From the human T2T-CHM13v2.0 reference genome, Homo sapiens, in assembly GCF_009914755.1 (NCBI RefSeq), contig NC_060932.1: a DNA stretch of 64,000 nt. One strand, written 5' to 3'. Both the position numbers and the translations under genes were made by a program. Below the pieces are notes generated by a model. That model was not told where the DNA came from, did not search any database, and worked only from the letters and a program-made list of their open reading frames with translations. This document shows, piece after piece, positions 26,901 through 44,033 of the stretch; positions within the stretch are counted from its first letter, which is position 1, and each line of letters starts with the position of its first letter.

Positions 26901-27112
26901 TCAAAGACTCTAAGTCCTATAATAGTAAGATTAGGGAGTATAACGGGAGCTAAGGATTTGTTCCATTTGGAACAAATCTTACTAGAAAGTCTTCCCAAAT
27001 ATGAGCAAACATTTATCTGAAGAGAAGAAAATCAACTTAGTGTATCTCATGTTACATAACTGTATATTTGGACTATTAGGATAAACAAGTTTAAGATAAG
27101 AATAGACTCTGA

Positions 27113-27421
27113 AGCTGGGCATGGTGACTCACGCCTGTAATCCTAGCACTATGGGAGGCTGAGGCAGGTGGATCACGAAGTCAGGAGTTCAACACCAGCT
27201 TGGCCAAGATGGTGAAACCCCATCTCTACTAAAAATACAAAAATTAGCCAGGTGTGATAGCACATGCCTGTAATCCCAGCTACTCAGGAGGCTGAGGCAG
27301 GAAAATCGCTTGAACCAGGTGGCGGGGAGCGGGCAGAGGTTGGAGTGAGCTGAGATGGCGCCACTACACTCCAGCCTGGGCGACAGAGTGAGACTCTGTC
27401 TCAAAAAAAAAAAAGAAAAAA
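27113..27421 (+). mobile_element. AluS (Sg-like)
   Basis: Full dimer with A-tail; small G-rich insertion in the right arm at ~27320-27335. Confidence 0.9.
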
Positions 27422-28506
27422 GATAGCATAAAACTGGATAATATTTTCAAGGAGAAGTTAAGGCCTAGCAATATATTTTACAAATCCTTCAGGAAGATCA
27501 AATAGTATTCTGTCTATTTGAGACTGAATAGCTGTTTCAGAAAGGGAGCTATGATTTTCTTTCTCCTAGTTGCATACGCTGGAATTTGAGGGATGCGAAA
27601 TAGAAGCCTGGGAGATTCTCTGTGATAGGAAAACATTGAAATCTGCCAGTCAGGTTAGTGAGTTGGTGTGTAGCACTCTATAGATATATTATTTGACTTA
27701 AAAATAACCTTATCAAGATGCTTCTGGTTCTTAGGTATGATAGCCTACAATCTCTACCCTGTCTCTTCCCATGAGTCCAATTACAAACTTGACAGAATTC
27801 ATGAACAGCTATATGCAGACTCTCAGAAGTTATTTGCAGGAGGCTTAGGGAAGTAAAGAATTTGAAGCACTACAAAGCTTACAGAGATCCTCTCTTGTTC
27901 CTCACCTACCCTTCTGATATCTCCATGCCTAAATCCAATGGCAGTCCAAAACCTGGCAGGTAGGAACTGAAGAGCTTTAAGTAAAATTCCCACTTACTGG
28001 ATTCAAAAATCAGGAAGTTAGACTTTTAAAGGTCAGAGATTAGCAGAAATCATCTTTTTTCTTTCTTTCTTTTTTTCCTCCCTCAGATCTCAGGCAATCA
28101 TATAGTGGCATGTGTGGCAATGGTGACAATGCAGTAGTGACAACCTAACATGCTGAAAAAGGAGCACCCTTTTCTCTGACCAGAAGAGCTCGGCTACTAA
28201 GAACCTGGGCAAATCTCTATTGCTTGTCTTGTGTCTTTCCACTACTTAGCTCTAGAAGCAGACAAAATTATAGGAAGTGTTCAGTAAAGGATGAAAAAAA
28301 GTCCCAGCTTTCTAGACAGACGACTATATGAAGGAGGCTCCAGGGAGCTGAGTAATTTTAGGGACGTTGCAGAGGAGGGAGCTCAAAAGTGCAATGTCAC
28401 AAAGTGACGTATAAAATTCTGGGCGCAACCTCGAAGCTGCATATCTGTTGATCTTACACCAAACATTATATTTTGATATTGAACCAAACTGAACAATGGA
28501 TTAGAC

Positions 28507-28737
28507 TAGGAATCAGCAAACTTTTTTTTTTTTTCATGAAAGTTCAGATAGAACTATTTTAGACTTTGTGGGACATATGGTCTCTGTTGCAACTGGTCAA
28601 TTCTGCCATTGCAGCACGAGAGGAACCATAGACAGCAAGTAAATGAATGAGCATAGCTTGTGTCAATACAACATTTTATTTGCATAAATAGGCAATGGGC
28701 CAAATTTCAACCATGGTTTATTGTTTTCATTATCCTG
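28507..28737. mobile_element. MER58A-like hAT/Charlie MITE
   Basis: GGAATCAGCAAACTTTTT...TATTTTAGACTTTGTGGGACATATGGTCTCTGTTGCAACT...GGGCCAAATTT. Confidence 0.75.
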
Positions 28738-29365
28738 AGATGTATTTCTGCCCAGGTCCAGGTCTAAATGTAGCAGTATATCAATTCAATATAACTGCAG
28801 AAAAATTATTCATCTATCATTCCTCCAAAATTATAAGTACAACTTAACCTAGAGTAGATTACATACTCAAATTTTTAGGTAATGAATAAATCAACTATGA
28901 GTCACTCAAATGTTAATAATAAATCCATTTGTATTACATTCCCAAAGTTCCTGGCTTTCTATAAGCTGTTTATTTACTAAAGAGGTTAGAAACCATTACT
29001 ATCCAGGGTAAACCACTAATTAAAGGTTAAAAGTCCATTTGCATGCTATGACCTGTGCCTTAGGAGGTTACTTTTTTCTTTCAAGAGTATAGGAAGCACC
29101 CAGTTTTAGAAAATGTATGCAGGCAAAAATATATTTAACCCTTTAAAGACATAGCTCTTTGTGTAATTATTTCCTGAAACCAGTTAAATTTTAATACCTA
29201 TTGATTAAAGTGTCTGATACATGTTTTTATTCATCTATTAAAATGTCTGATATTCAAGCTCTGGTGAATCTGCATTTTAAATAAACATCTCACATATTTT
29301 AATGGAGATATTTTTTGCACTTAAAAAAAAAAACTGTTATAAAGTCCAAGATAAAAATTTATTCC

Positions 29366-30141
29366 ATGTGGAGGAAAGGGAACTCTTGTACATCATTGGT
29401 GAAAATGTAAATTAGTACAGCCATTATGGAAAACTTTATGGAGCGTGGTAAAAGAGCTAAAAATAGATTTATATGATCCAGCAATTTTATTTCTGAGTGT
29501 AGACCCAAAAGATCTGAAATCAGTTTGTTGAACAGACGTCTGCACTTCCATATTCATTGCAGCACTATTCAAATTAGCCAAGTTATGGAAACAATCTAAA
29601 TGTCCATCAACAGATGAATGGATAAAGAAAATGTGGAGCATATACTATTCAGCCTTAAAAAAGAAGGAAATTCTGTCATTTGTGACAATGTGGATGGAAA
29701 TGGAGAATGTTATGCTAAGTGAAATAAGCCAGGCACGGAAAGACAAATATAGCATGTTCTTACTTATATGTGGAATCTAAAGTAATCAAACTCATAGATA
29801 TAGAGAATAGAATGGTGGTTACAGAAGCTAGGAGTTGGCAAGAATGGGGAAATAATGATCACAGGTTCCAAAAGCTCTGTTAGATAGGAGGAATATGTTT
29901 TTATTGTGAGATCTATTGCACAGCATGGTGAATATACTTAATAATATTGTATGGTATGTTTCAAAATTACTAAGAGTATATTTCAAATGTGTATACTACA
30001 AAAATAATAAATATTTGAAGTCATAGATATGTTAGCTTAATTTAAATATTCCACATTGCATTAATAAGTCATAACATTACTCTATACTCCATAAGTATAT
30101 GCAATTATAAATTGCCAATTAACAATAAAATAACAATTAAA
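29366..30141 (+). mobile_element. 5'-truncated L1MA 3' end
   Basis: ORF2 C-terminus plus 3' UTR; TSD-like AAA(A/G)ATTTATTC on both sides. Confidence 0.88.
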
Positions 30142-31486
30142 AAGATTTATTCTAGCTAAGAAATTGCATGGTTGGAGTTTTACTCTTCCTTAAAATTATA
30201 ATAATTTTTTTTCTAAATTAAAATAAGAATAGGACAATATTGAATGATACCTTAAAAGTTTTACATTTAGAAGGCTTTTGGAAAATGTGACTAACATGAA
30301 CTGTAGGTATTATGAGACTCTTCTTGCACTGGAAGCCTAATTGAAACCAAAAGAAGTCCTTAGGATGAGACGGGTTAAAAAACAAAAGACGTCTTGGTTA
30401 TTTGGACATAAAGATACTGGGTAACTGAATTCTGTGGGATTCTTGCCAGAAAGATTAAGACACTATAAGCCCAAATTATTAAGAAGGCCTTTACTCTTTG
30501 ATTATTGTTTCCATTTTTCACAGAAATATGTCTGTTAGTTGAACAAGGGATAAATTCACACACATCATGAAAGCCTTATGATAGCTCCTATAGTGTAGAC
30601 TAATATAATTCAAAGGAAAAAAATAGGTGAATTCATTATTAGTGACCCTGGCTAAGAGATTTGTTATCTAAAAACTACGCATAAACTTTAATGGAATGCC
30701 AACATTGTTGGCTATACTCTCGAGTTATACTCAAAATTTGATCACTTTTTACCACCTTTATTGCAATCAACTTATCAAGACATGTCTCTGTCTCAGATTA
30801 ATACAATAACTCTTAACTAATCCACTTATTTCTTCTTTCGATCCCTTACCCTCATCCATTCTTAAAATTGCATCTATAGTGACCCTGTTAAAAAGACAAA
30901 TAAGATCTTATTATTCTTCCAATGATCAGCATTCACTGGCTTGTTAGTTTCCTCAAAGGACAAAGACCTCAGTATGGTTTACTGAGCTCTGTGTAATCTG
31001 GTCCCCTGCTTACCTATTTGGCAATCTGCTTTTCTTGTCTCCACTCATTTACCTCCAACCCTACTGGCCTCCTTGCTGATTCAAATTTTCAGAGTTGCTC
31101 TTTTCTTGCTTCATATTCACATGATTAACTCCTTTTCCTCTAGGTCTTTTTTTCAAAAACTACCCTCTTAAGTGAGGCTGTTTTTGAGAGAGCACTCTAC
31201 CCTAGACTGCAACCATTTACCATTTTCTATTCCTTTGTCCACTTGTGTTTTCCTCTTTATTATTTATCCTTACCGATCAAGCAGTTTGTTGCCTCGAAAC
31301 AGTATCTAAGGGCTTTAAATGAACTCTTTATTCCCGCAGTTTTTTTTTTTTTCAAAAATAAGATGGCCTTTCCTTGGAGTCCCATAAATAGATTTCCTCT
31401 CATATCTCATTAACTACTAATTGATTATATGCCTCTACCTAAGCCAATCATTAGCAAAGAAATAGCATTACCATGCTAACTCTCTC

Positions 31487-31672
31487 TAGGCCACTTGTTA
31501 TTAATCATATCTGCATTTAGGAATCACATGAGGATTTTTTCAGTTACAAATTATTGTGACCCAGCTTAAAATAAGTAAATCAGAATCTCTCAAGTGAGGG
31601 CCTAGAAATTATTAATTTTTAAAATCATTTAGGTCATTACCACTTGCAGTCAGGTTTGAAAAACAATGGTCT
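31487..31672. mobile_element. MER5-like hAT relic
   Basis: GAATCACATGAGG...AATCAGAATCTCT...GGTTTGAAAAACAATGGTCT. Confidence 0.55.
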
Positions 31673-32130
<458 letters not shown>

Positions 32131-33589
32131 TTAAATCTTGTACAATTTTAGAATAATATAAAAAGTGGAAATGGATTTTTAAATTCTTGAATCTGAATAC
32201 ATTGAGAATTCTGCTTGATCCAAACTAATGATTCTATTCTGTTTATTAGCATATATTTATAGATCCTGAAGCATGCCAAAGTTACTATACAAACAGGCTT
32301 CTGGCCTTCAGAAAACCTTCTGAACATCATTTGAAGCTTTAGAATGTTCTTCTTACACAGAGAACTATCCTGCTCTATTACACTTTGGCACTTTGGTACC
32401 GGTAATGACCAATTATTTTCACTTTCACTGTTTACCTACCGTGTGACTGACCTTTTGAAAATCAAGAAAAGTAGTTAACCTCTTACTATACCTCTTACAG
32501 ATGAAAGCTTCTTTTAATCTTATTTTCAATAGGCTTTCTGCTGCAGGCTTTTTTAGCCAGTGGGTTGACCACAAAGATTCCTCAAGGCAATTCCTCAAAA
32601 TTACAAATATAATTCTCATTTCTGTGTGATGCAGATGAATCCTAGTTATAAAACATTTCAGTGTCCTCATCATCAGCAGAGCTCGCGGAAGGCTCTAGGG
32701 GAATCTTAAGAAGGTTATTGATAATATTTCCTAATGTGTAGAGGTTCCTTGCTCCGGTTAGACTCAGCAAGATTTAAACATGCGTACTTTTGTTATGAAG
32801 ACAGCAAGAAGGAGATCTACAAGGTGGAAGATAATTAAAATGCATGCTAGGTAACTGGGCATACAAATTTTTAATAGCTAATTGTTTGAAGCTTAAGGTT
32901 GTTGTTAACAAAAACATCATTACTTGTTCATGTTCCTCATAATGTTCAGTATTTAGTAAGTCCAAGTAATTGCAAATTTCAACTACTAGTGGTGTTTTCC
33001 CTAAAGCATTAACTTACATATTTGGGAGTCCTTCTACTGCAAATAAGGATATCTTATAAAAACAAGAGTTTATTCCTTAGTTACCTAATTTCTTACTCAG
33101 ATGACATTGACAATTTAAACAGTAAGGGAGACACATTTGTTATTTTATATTCTGTAACCTGAGTACACAAACTATTTAAAAATTTTAAATTATTCCCATG
33201 GCCACAGAAAAATAAATTAGCTTCCTGGGTCTGTAAGGTTAAGACTGTCTCTGTTTGGAGTCCACTATTAGGAACCTCCATGGCCCCAAATTTTAGCTGT
33301 GCACTAAACAGTCTTCAGCTGTAATTGGGAGAGGTTTTTTTCCCCAGATAAATAGGAAAGAAAAGAGCAAATGAAGAGAAGGAGGAGAGAAGACTGTCTG
33401 AGACCCAGTAATCTCCTCCAAATTAGAGTGTGAATTCAGGTCAAGACATTCTAAACTCAACTTTCTGAATTATGTGCATATTAGAAGGAAAGGCTGATGT
33501 GATTGCTAATATGGATAGTAGCAATGGAGTTTTGCAAAATTAGAATAAATATTGAGAAGAATTACTGTGGCATTTTAAATTTAGAATAT

Positions 33590-33825
33590 ATGAATTATAC
33601 ACACATGCAAATGTGAATATATGTAAATGTATATGTGGAGACATATATAGATGTGGATATACATATTTTTTCAAACACATTTTAATAAAATACATGTATA
33701 TATATATATGACCACACATTCACACACACATATGCATATATAAACACACAATTTCATCTTTTAATATACAAATTACACATACTGTATACACATATGAAAT
33801 ATTGTTAGGATGTGTGTGTATGTAT
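33590..33825. repeat. (TA)n/(CA)n-rich low-complexity tract
   Basis: Mixed TA/CA/TG dinucleotide runs. Confidence 0.7.
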
Positions 33826-34009
33826 TCAGTTAATGTAGGATAAAAACATTTTTAGGCTACAAAACTCTCAACCAATATTATTTAAAGAACATACAAAGTT
33901 CTACAGCATCTTACATAATATTCCTGCTTGCAAAAATTTAAAATCAGTTTTGCAAAATAGAGCATGAAACAAAAATAAATTGTGATCGTATTTTAACAAC
34001 TATGAACAT

Positions 34010-34620
34010 GAACTATACAGACTTGAGTTTGAATCCTTAGCCTTGAAGCTGTGTGACCCTGGATGATTTATTATTTTATTGATCTTTAGTTTTCTCATCC
34101 ACATAACCATTTTATCTACCTTTCCTTTGTGGATAAAGTACATACCTCAGCACTGAAATATAGCAAATTCTCAGTAGATACGAGGCCATTATTTAAATGG
34201 TAGTAGAATATACAACAACTAATATTAACAGAGTATGCTAAAAAAGTCATACTAAATGACCAAATAATCATTCTTGCAATTTGGAGAAGAACGCAAGCAT
34301 TTCATGCTGGTATTATCAAGGAAGTCTTGGAAGAGATGGGAATTGAGTTGAGACTTGAGAATTGTTCATTTGTAGTGAAAAATGTGGGAGGGAATGACTA
34401 CCCACATCGTATCAAAGCAGATGCATACATACATTCTTTTATTTTTATCCCTGAAACCATCCTATGATACAGGCACTATTAATTTAGTTTTACAGATGAA
34501 CAGCTCCAAAGCTCAAAGATATTAAATTACTTGTCCTCTTTTCCAAGACTGAATGTAATAGGGCTTAGATTTCAATCAACACTGTGTGATCCCAAAGTAC
34601 CTGCTCTTTTCACAATTGCA
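34010..34620. mobile_element. Two MIR relics (~34010-34190 and ~34440-34620)
   Basis: GTTTGAATCC...GCTGTGTGACCCTGG...AGTTTTCTCATC, and TTTTACAGATGAA...AAATTACTTGTCC. Confidence 0.6.
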
Positions 34621-35122
34621 TTATAATCCTTCTTAAGCCAATCAGAACAAAGCATTCTGGAAAGTGAATGAATGCAAATATCATTACAGAGAGATGCTGT
34701 GGCCATTTACAGATGACTTACTGAGGAATCCAGACTGTGAGCTGAGCTGGCTACAGAAGGATTTGAAGTGTTCTCTGAAGGACAGATAAAACTTAAATAG
34801 AAAGGATAAATATTGAACAAACATGTAGGCTCAGGACTGTGAAAAAATTTTTTACATGAAGCAAGAAGTATATATATAGTGAGAAGGAGAAAATGAGTTG
34901 AAAATGTATTCTGAGCCAGCATTCTATAGGGTTTGAATGCCAAAGAAAGGAGGGTGTAGTTTAACCAATAGGTTGCAGAAAGCTAAAAGAAAAAAAAAGA
35001 AAAAGAAAAAAAAAACTTTTGGAATAGAAGAATAGCAATAAGAAAGTGGTGTTTGGGAAGATCTATTTGAAAATGTAGGAGGACAAAATGACAAAGAAAC
35101 ACTGGAGGTAGTCTGATCAATT

Positions 35123-35767
35123 ACTTTTACACTGTTGGTGGGACTGTAAACTAGTTCAACCATTGTGGAAGTCAGTGTGGTGATTCTTCAGGGATCTAGA
35201 ACTAGAAATACCATTTGACCCAGCCATCCCATTACTGGGTATATACCCAAAGGATTATAAATCATGCTGCTATAAAGACACTTGCACATGTATGTTTACT
35301 GCGGCACTATTCACAACAGCAAAGACTTGGAACCAACCCAAATGTCCAACAACGATAGACTGAATTAAGAAAATGTGGCACATATACACCACGGAATACT
35401 ATGCATCCATAAAAAATGAAGAGGTCATGTCCTTTGTAGGGACATGGATGAAACTGGAAACCATCATTCTCAGCAAACTATCGCAAGGACAAAAAAAACC
35501 AAACACCATATGTTCTCACTCATAGGTGGGAATTGAACAATGAGAACACATGAACACAGGAAGGGGAACATCACACTCCGTGGACTGTTGTGGCATGGGG
35601 GGAGGGGGGAGGGAAAGCATTAGGAGACATACCTAATGCTAAATGACGAGTTAATGGGTGCAGCACACCAACATGGCACATGTATACATATGTAACAAAC
35701 CTGCACATTGTGCACATGTACCCTAAAACTTAAAGTATAATAATAATAAAATAAAATAAAATAAAAA
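35123..35767 (+). mobile_element. 5'-truncated L1PA (PA3-PA5-like)
   Basis: Low-divergence L1PA 3' end: G-rich tract, CTAATGCTAAATGACGAGTTAATGGGTGCAGCACACCAACATGG, ACTTAAAGTATAATAATAATAAA tail. Confidence 0.93.
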
Positions 35768-36084
35768 GAGACTTTAAAATTGGCTTAACAATGGGTAAGG
35801 GCGTGACACAGGGGCCCTAAGAAAATAAATGTGTAGTACACATTAGCTAGAAAGAGTACACTAAACTTTGTGTTTGATTGGTCATGGATTAGAGTTCCAG
35901 GAAAGCCAACAACAAAAACTACAAATGTATTATATTTACAATAAATGATATAAATGAAATAGAGAATGGCTAATTGTGTCAGTGAAAAACTATTTCATTC
36001 AAGATGAGAACACAGTTTTTTGAGTTAATATATTTGAGGTTTGAAATGACAATAGAAAATAATATAAAGTGATAAAAATACCTA

Positions 36085-36960
36085 TTCAATTATTTATTTT
36101 ACAGCATCTACTACATTTCAACAATGTGGAAAATCACTATTGTAATGGACAGAGTTACAGTGGCAAATGAGATTTTTTTATTGTTGCTTTCTTGTTTCTG
36201 CCTTCATCTATCCCATCAAGGAGCATATGTGAGGGCAAAGATACACAATAAAATAGCATGGATTACTAAAATTAAATGTTATTAAGAAATTCAAGAGGAT
36301 TATAGAATACAGAGTCATTAGAGATTGTGTGAGTTATTTTAGCGGAACCATGAAAGCCTTTTTCAAGAAATAATCTTGACCTGATTCCTAAGGATAAGAA
36401 GGGATCATCCATTCAAATAACATGTGGAAAAGCAGTTTGATCTAAGGTCATCGCAGGTATAAAGACCCTAAATCTGGAAACAGGGACAATGTTGCCAGAG
36501 AACAATAATTATTGAGGAATGGATAAATGGGGACTGAATAACATAGAGCTATGGAAATTAACTAAAGAGTCTAGGTGTTATTTTAAGTTCAAGGAAGCTA
36601 TTGACGAAATTTAAGTAGAGTAGTGCTGTGACTTTATCACAGATCACACTGTTTTCTACAAAGAGAGAAAAGTGGAAATAGAGGTATAGTGTGGAGATAC
36701 TGCATTTAGTGCAGAGAAGCAATGACGATGGCTTGGACCGAAAGGCTGAAAATTGAGATGATAATAAAAAATGAAAAGATTTGAAACATACATTGAGGTT
36801 AAAAATGATAAACTGATGGAACTGATTGTGGGAGATGAGATAATTTGAAGATTAAAGATAATGTTTACTTTTTTGTTTATATTTGTTTGTTTAGGCATCA
36901 GAGGGTGATGCCATTTAGTGAGATAAGGAAGGGTAAAAAATGGAATTTTATGAAGAAATA
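36085..36960 (-). mobile_element. L2 relic
   Basis: Diverged L2-like motifs (GATGATGG/ATGGCTTGGAC; GGTGATGCCATTTAGTGAGATA). Confidence 0.5.
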
Positions 36961-37631
36961 TTGTAAGTGTTATATGTGTGTGTGTATGTTTATAAAATAT
37001 CTGATAATCCAGTCATACTAAGCACTATTCAATGGAAAAAATATAAAATAATCTAATAACATTGTAGAATCATATTTGTCAATTATCTGCAGATATTAAT
37101 GCAAGATATTTTGTTCAAACTTCTTTTAGTAATTCTGGTAATTGTTGATTTTCTTTTACAAAGATTAAGACAGTAAACATAAAAAATTTAAATTAATACT
37201 AGAATAATTTTGTGAGATTCACTCATCTCCAGTTCTCAGGAAGAGAAGGAAATGAGAAGCATGGAGTAGCTGAGTATAGTATGTGTCACCATTGGTTCTC
37301 ACAGCATTTTCCACTTCACCAAAAGAAACGAAATCAGGAAATCCAATTTTACAAAATCTGAATGCAATGGTGAAGTTTCTGAAATTCACCATATATGTAT
37401 GCTGTAACGAATTTTTCAGAAATTAAAACCACACATTTTAAATCACTGAAAATTCAATGTTCCATTACATTTCACTGTTGATAGAAATATAGACTAAATT
37501 TTAAAAACCAAAATTATATTTTTTTCCTTTTGATGAATTTTGGGGGAGTATTAACCCAAACTAGGCCAGTATCTCAGGCTATCAACACATGAAAAACACC
37601 TACAAATGTGATGTGTTTGAAAAATTAATAT

Positions 37632-37790
<159 letters not shown>

Positions 37791-39659
37791 AGAAAAATTA
37801 ATATTTTTACATAAGCATCAAGAAGTATCTTTCCCTAGGAACATCATTTTCTTTATTAATTCACAGATGGAAAATTAGAATTAATTTATACAAATAATGT
37901 TTAGTAGTTTTTAAATATCATCATGTATATCCCAGATGTACATTGAGGTTAGTTTTATAAAAGACAACTACTGTATAATTGCTTATATCCATACTGAAGG
38001 AAAAGAACTATGGTCACACAGTAAAAACAGTTATGTCTAAATCATGTTTTAATTGATTATTATAATGGAAAATCAACTAAACAATTACCAAAACATATAA
38101 TATTCTATTCTTCTGTATATTTCAATTCAAAAGTCCATTCAATTTTTATTGGTCTCAATGTTTAACCACATATCCTAAAGGACCTGACCATTCTACACAA
38201 TAAACATTTTTAAATATTGTAATTAACTCCCTTCACTTTTCAAACTGTTGCATTGAATACAGACAAATATTCTCTGTTCATGGCTGTAGACACATTTAGT
38301 CCAACATGAGTAATTTTGTTTTATGTAAATCATATGGCAAAAGATCATTTTTTAAAAATGGGAATATGTATGACTCAATTTTATTTAAATCGGCCTCCTC
38401 CAGCTTCTCCTCATTAGAAAAAAAAATACTGTTTTAACCTACATTTTGCTCTTCCACTGTATTTCTTATTAACAAGGTGATAAGAATGAACACCCAGGAA
38501 CCCAATCCTAATAGTGGTTGGTACAGTGGTAGCAATCGTATTTACAGAATTTCTCCTCCATAAAATAAAATTTATTGCACAATATGCTCTGCATATTTTG
38601 TTATATTGTGTGTAGATTATTTTTAAAAAGAAAGAGAGAGATGTCACACTGAGGCTCAGTAAATATACTTGAAAGGCTGGCACTTAGTTCTCAATTATTA
38701 AATGAGATCCTACTATGTGTTTGGATACAAAGAAAGGATAAGACAATGGCAGTGTGCACATATCACCTGTCAGGCTATTTAACCTTATCTAATCTTTACT
38801 GCAACCTACCAGTTGCTTATCATTTTTTTCATTTTACTAACCAAAACCATGATAGCATGGCTGATATCTGGCATATTAGTAGGAGACAGAAAGCATGAAT
38901 CTGATAACTTGATCTCTGGCTTGTAAGTCCACAGTTATTATTCTAGAATTTTATTCTATTCATTGTTCAATGGCTTTAGCAGCTTGACTTCTACTTTACT
39001 TTTTACTTCTAAAGTTTTTTTTTTTTTTAAATAGAAAGTTGTCTAGAATTCTAGTCTGCTCAGGTAGGAGACTTATCTCTCACTATTATCTACACCTTTA
39101 CTTTGTTTTAGACTACCCAGTTCCAGTTGTTGATCTACACGGCAAAAAAAAAAAAAAAAATATTAAACAACTTTATAGTTTGCTCATTAGACTGACAAGA
39201 TAGACTGTACATTAAGCATGAGATTTAGAAAAGATTGTACTAGAATTTTATCAATTAACATAGGCAACGTGAAAAACAAAAAGAGAAGAAAAAGAGGAGT
39301 GTCTGTTGCCAATTTCACATAGGACTCAAGTCTTGGTTCAAAAAATTCTTTACTCTTGACCTGAGTTACAAATCATCCTCAAGTTTTCCTTTTACCAGAG
39401 GAGAAGGCTCCAGCCTAAGGGTCAGATAATCAACAAACTTGGAAAAGAGTAGGGGAAAGTGTTGGCTCTTCTCTTACTACATTGCTGAAAAACCAGTCTA
39501 TTAAGTTAATTATTGTGTTTCAACAAATCTTCATTAATAAAGAGTCCTGTAATTTTATTTTTATTTTATATAATTTTATAAAACACATTCAACTAGGGAA
39601 ATTAAGAAAATACCAAATCATATGAGTTAAATACATTTGTATCTATAGTTCAAAATTAA

Positions 39660-40840
<1,181 letters not shown>

Positions 40841-40969
40841 TACATTAATTTTTTAAACCTGAATAATTTCATTTAATTTGTGATTTTTTGGATATTATAA
40901 ACTCACATTTGTTTTTATGCATTAATTATAAGTTACTAAAAATGAACTAATGAAACAGCAAGTAAATAA

Positions 40970-41550
40970 AGTGCCATACTAATTTATTGATTCAACAAAT
41001 ACACCACTGATTATCTTATAGATTCTCGAAATCTTTTTAGACATTGGGGATATGAAGCAGGAAAATACAGACAATTCCTATTCTGAAGAATAGTAGAGAC
41101 AATAAGCAAACAAATTAATATATACACATGTCATGTAAAAAGTATTATGAGGAAAGTAAGGCAAACTAAGACAAATAGTATGTGACAAGGGGAATGCCAG
41201 CTGCTAGTTTATCTATGCTACTCAGGGAAGGCTTCTGTGATAGATAAAGTATCATTAGAGAAGAAACATGGAAGTTGTGAGGTGAGCCATATGGATAACT
41301 GGAGAACCAGCACTGCGGAGTGAAGAAACAGTAAATGCCTGGAGGTGGGAGTACACCTAGAGCTCAAATACAGGCAGGTAGCCAGTCTACATAGAGTGCA
41401 CTGAGCATGAGACAGAGTAGAAAATAAGGTCTGAAAGGTAAGGGAGAAGGATGGATCCTGAAGGACCTTGTACTTCATTGTAAGAACATTGGGAAACTTT
41501 CCCAATGAGCAAAAACATGACAGCCAGATGGTCACTCTTGGCTGCTGAAA
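40970..41550 (-). mobile_element. L2a-like relic
   Basis: TTGATTCAACAAATA...CAGGGAAGGCTTCT...GGTGAGCCATATGGATAACTGG. Confidence 0.65.
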
Positions 41551-42048
41551 GAAACATAACCATTATTACTACAAACTCTATGATATAAATTTGCTCACTG
41601 ATTTATAACACATTTTACAACTTTGTAGTTAAACTGAAAAGTTTTTAACATTGTTAAGCAACATAAAGTGAAACGTAGCTAAATTCTATTGAGAAAAAGC
41701 AAGTAAGAATTATTTCTTCACATCACTATTAGAAATATTTTAATGACTTAATAAACAATTTGTCAGACAAGATAATATATGCAGACAGCTTAAGAATGAC
41801 ATATGCTATTGATGAACTTCTCAGCATTTCTAAGCAATGTTTCCCTCTCCTCATAAATGTCTTCTGTGTTTAAGTCATTTTCAAAGCCTGACTTAGTTTT
41901 TTGGGATGTGAAAAGAAAGTAAACTTTTCACAGAGATGTAAGAATTTGTAAAACACATTTCCACAATTGAAACAAAATCGTATTAACTCAATCCTTCGTG
42001 ATTAAATGAAGCTCATAGGAAGAGGACTTTTATTGATGACAAGCTTTA

Positions 42049-42435
<387 letters not shown>

Positions 42436-44033
42436 TTATGTTGCTTTTGCACCATTTGCACAAATTGTTAGGTGAGTCAGTTTCCATATTACAGACTACT
42501 TTTTGCATAATATACATAATAATACCAACTATCCAGCTTCATTTATTTTTCAAATGTAGGATAAATAATCCAGCACATTACTTTTCCTAGCTCAAGTTTT
42601 TTGAGCATATGGATTTTTTCTAAACCAGGCCTTTACAAGTGCTATTTCTTCACTCTTAGATCCTCTTTCCTCTACTTATATTGCCTCACTCTTCTGGCCT
42701 CCTTCTTCAAGCCTCTGTATAAATAGTTCCTTATAGAATTCATTGCTGAAGAGGTAATCTAAAGTAGTTCCCTCCCCCTTTGTATATGCAGTTCCTCCCC
42801 CTAGGTCATTTTATTGCACTTGGACTCATCTGTTAATATTTTGTTTGTAATATCTTAAAACAGCTTTAACCATTATGTTCTAAAATCTATTCAAGGACCC
42901 TTTGTTCACCACTAACACAATTCCTAGCATTTGGTGGGCACTCTATGTATGAATGAAAGAATTAATGATTATTTAAGTCTCTGTTTATTCCCATACATAC
43001 ACATAAATCCACAATGCAAAACTATAATTGGAATATATATTTATACATCAGCTTAACATTTTTTCTACAAGAAGACAAATAACAGAAACACATTTTCTCA
43101 AGGAGAAATATATATAAATATTTTCTGATTTGTGAAACTTGTCTAAAATAACCAATATAAAATGGATAGTAAGCATTTAATATTTTAAAAGCACTTTGTG
43201 ACAAATTGGCCCTCTATACATTTTAGCATTGTGAAAATTAGTGTGCTGTATAATAGCATAACCCTTGCTAAAGGAACCAGATGGAAGCATGGTATCTCCA
43301 TAGCCAAAGCCATTTTCACAGCAGTACAAATTACTTCTTCGCTTAATCATGTTATGACAAAATTCATTTTCATGATGGATAGACCCAAAGACGTTGTTAA
43401 TATTGAAACAAAATTTAAAGAAACCAATTGTTTCAAGTTTGTCTCACAGATTTTTGTTAGAATAATTATGGGTAATAAGATAAGAAAAGTAGATTTTACA
43501 TGAAGATAGATAAAGATTATGTTTAAGAAAACAAAAGATTACAATTATGATTGATGAGCATGACTTTTAATAAGAAAATAAATTACCGTGAAAAATGATT
43601 AATAGTAAAATATTTATGATCATTAAAATACAGCCCTGACATTGATGGACTATGTATCTTGTGTAAGTAACTGGGAAACCATTTGTGTGTGTCAGAAGGT
43701 GAAGGTGAAGAGCTTGTAGAGTATGTGTCTGCTTGAGCATATAATTGATTTAAATGATTTGTTATTTTGCTTAGTGTATTCATAAATGAGTACATAAAGA
43801 AGCATTATTTATAAAATTATATAATACTTAAAAACTTTATATAGTGTGTTTAAGGAATCCTAGTGACTTGAGTTAAAATATGAGAAACTGCATTATAAAT
43901 AAGATATTCTGATTTTACTTCTAATTTTTATAACAAGGAATATTAATAAAATTAACTGAAATTACTTGTGAAAATTCATGAAAATCATCTGTTAAATCTT
44001 TTTCAAAACTGAATGCTTTCTCCTTTCTACTTC

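Noticed and set aside
43198-43503. 101-aa ORF in non-repeat DNA
   Set aside because: Non-ATG start, AT-rich codons, no recognisable domain or convincing splice context
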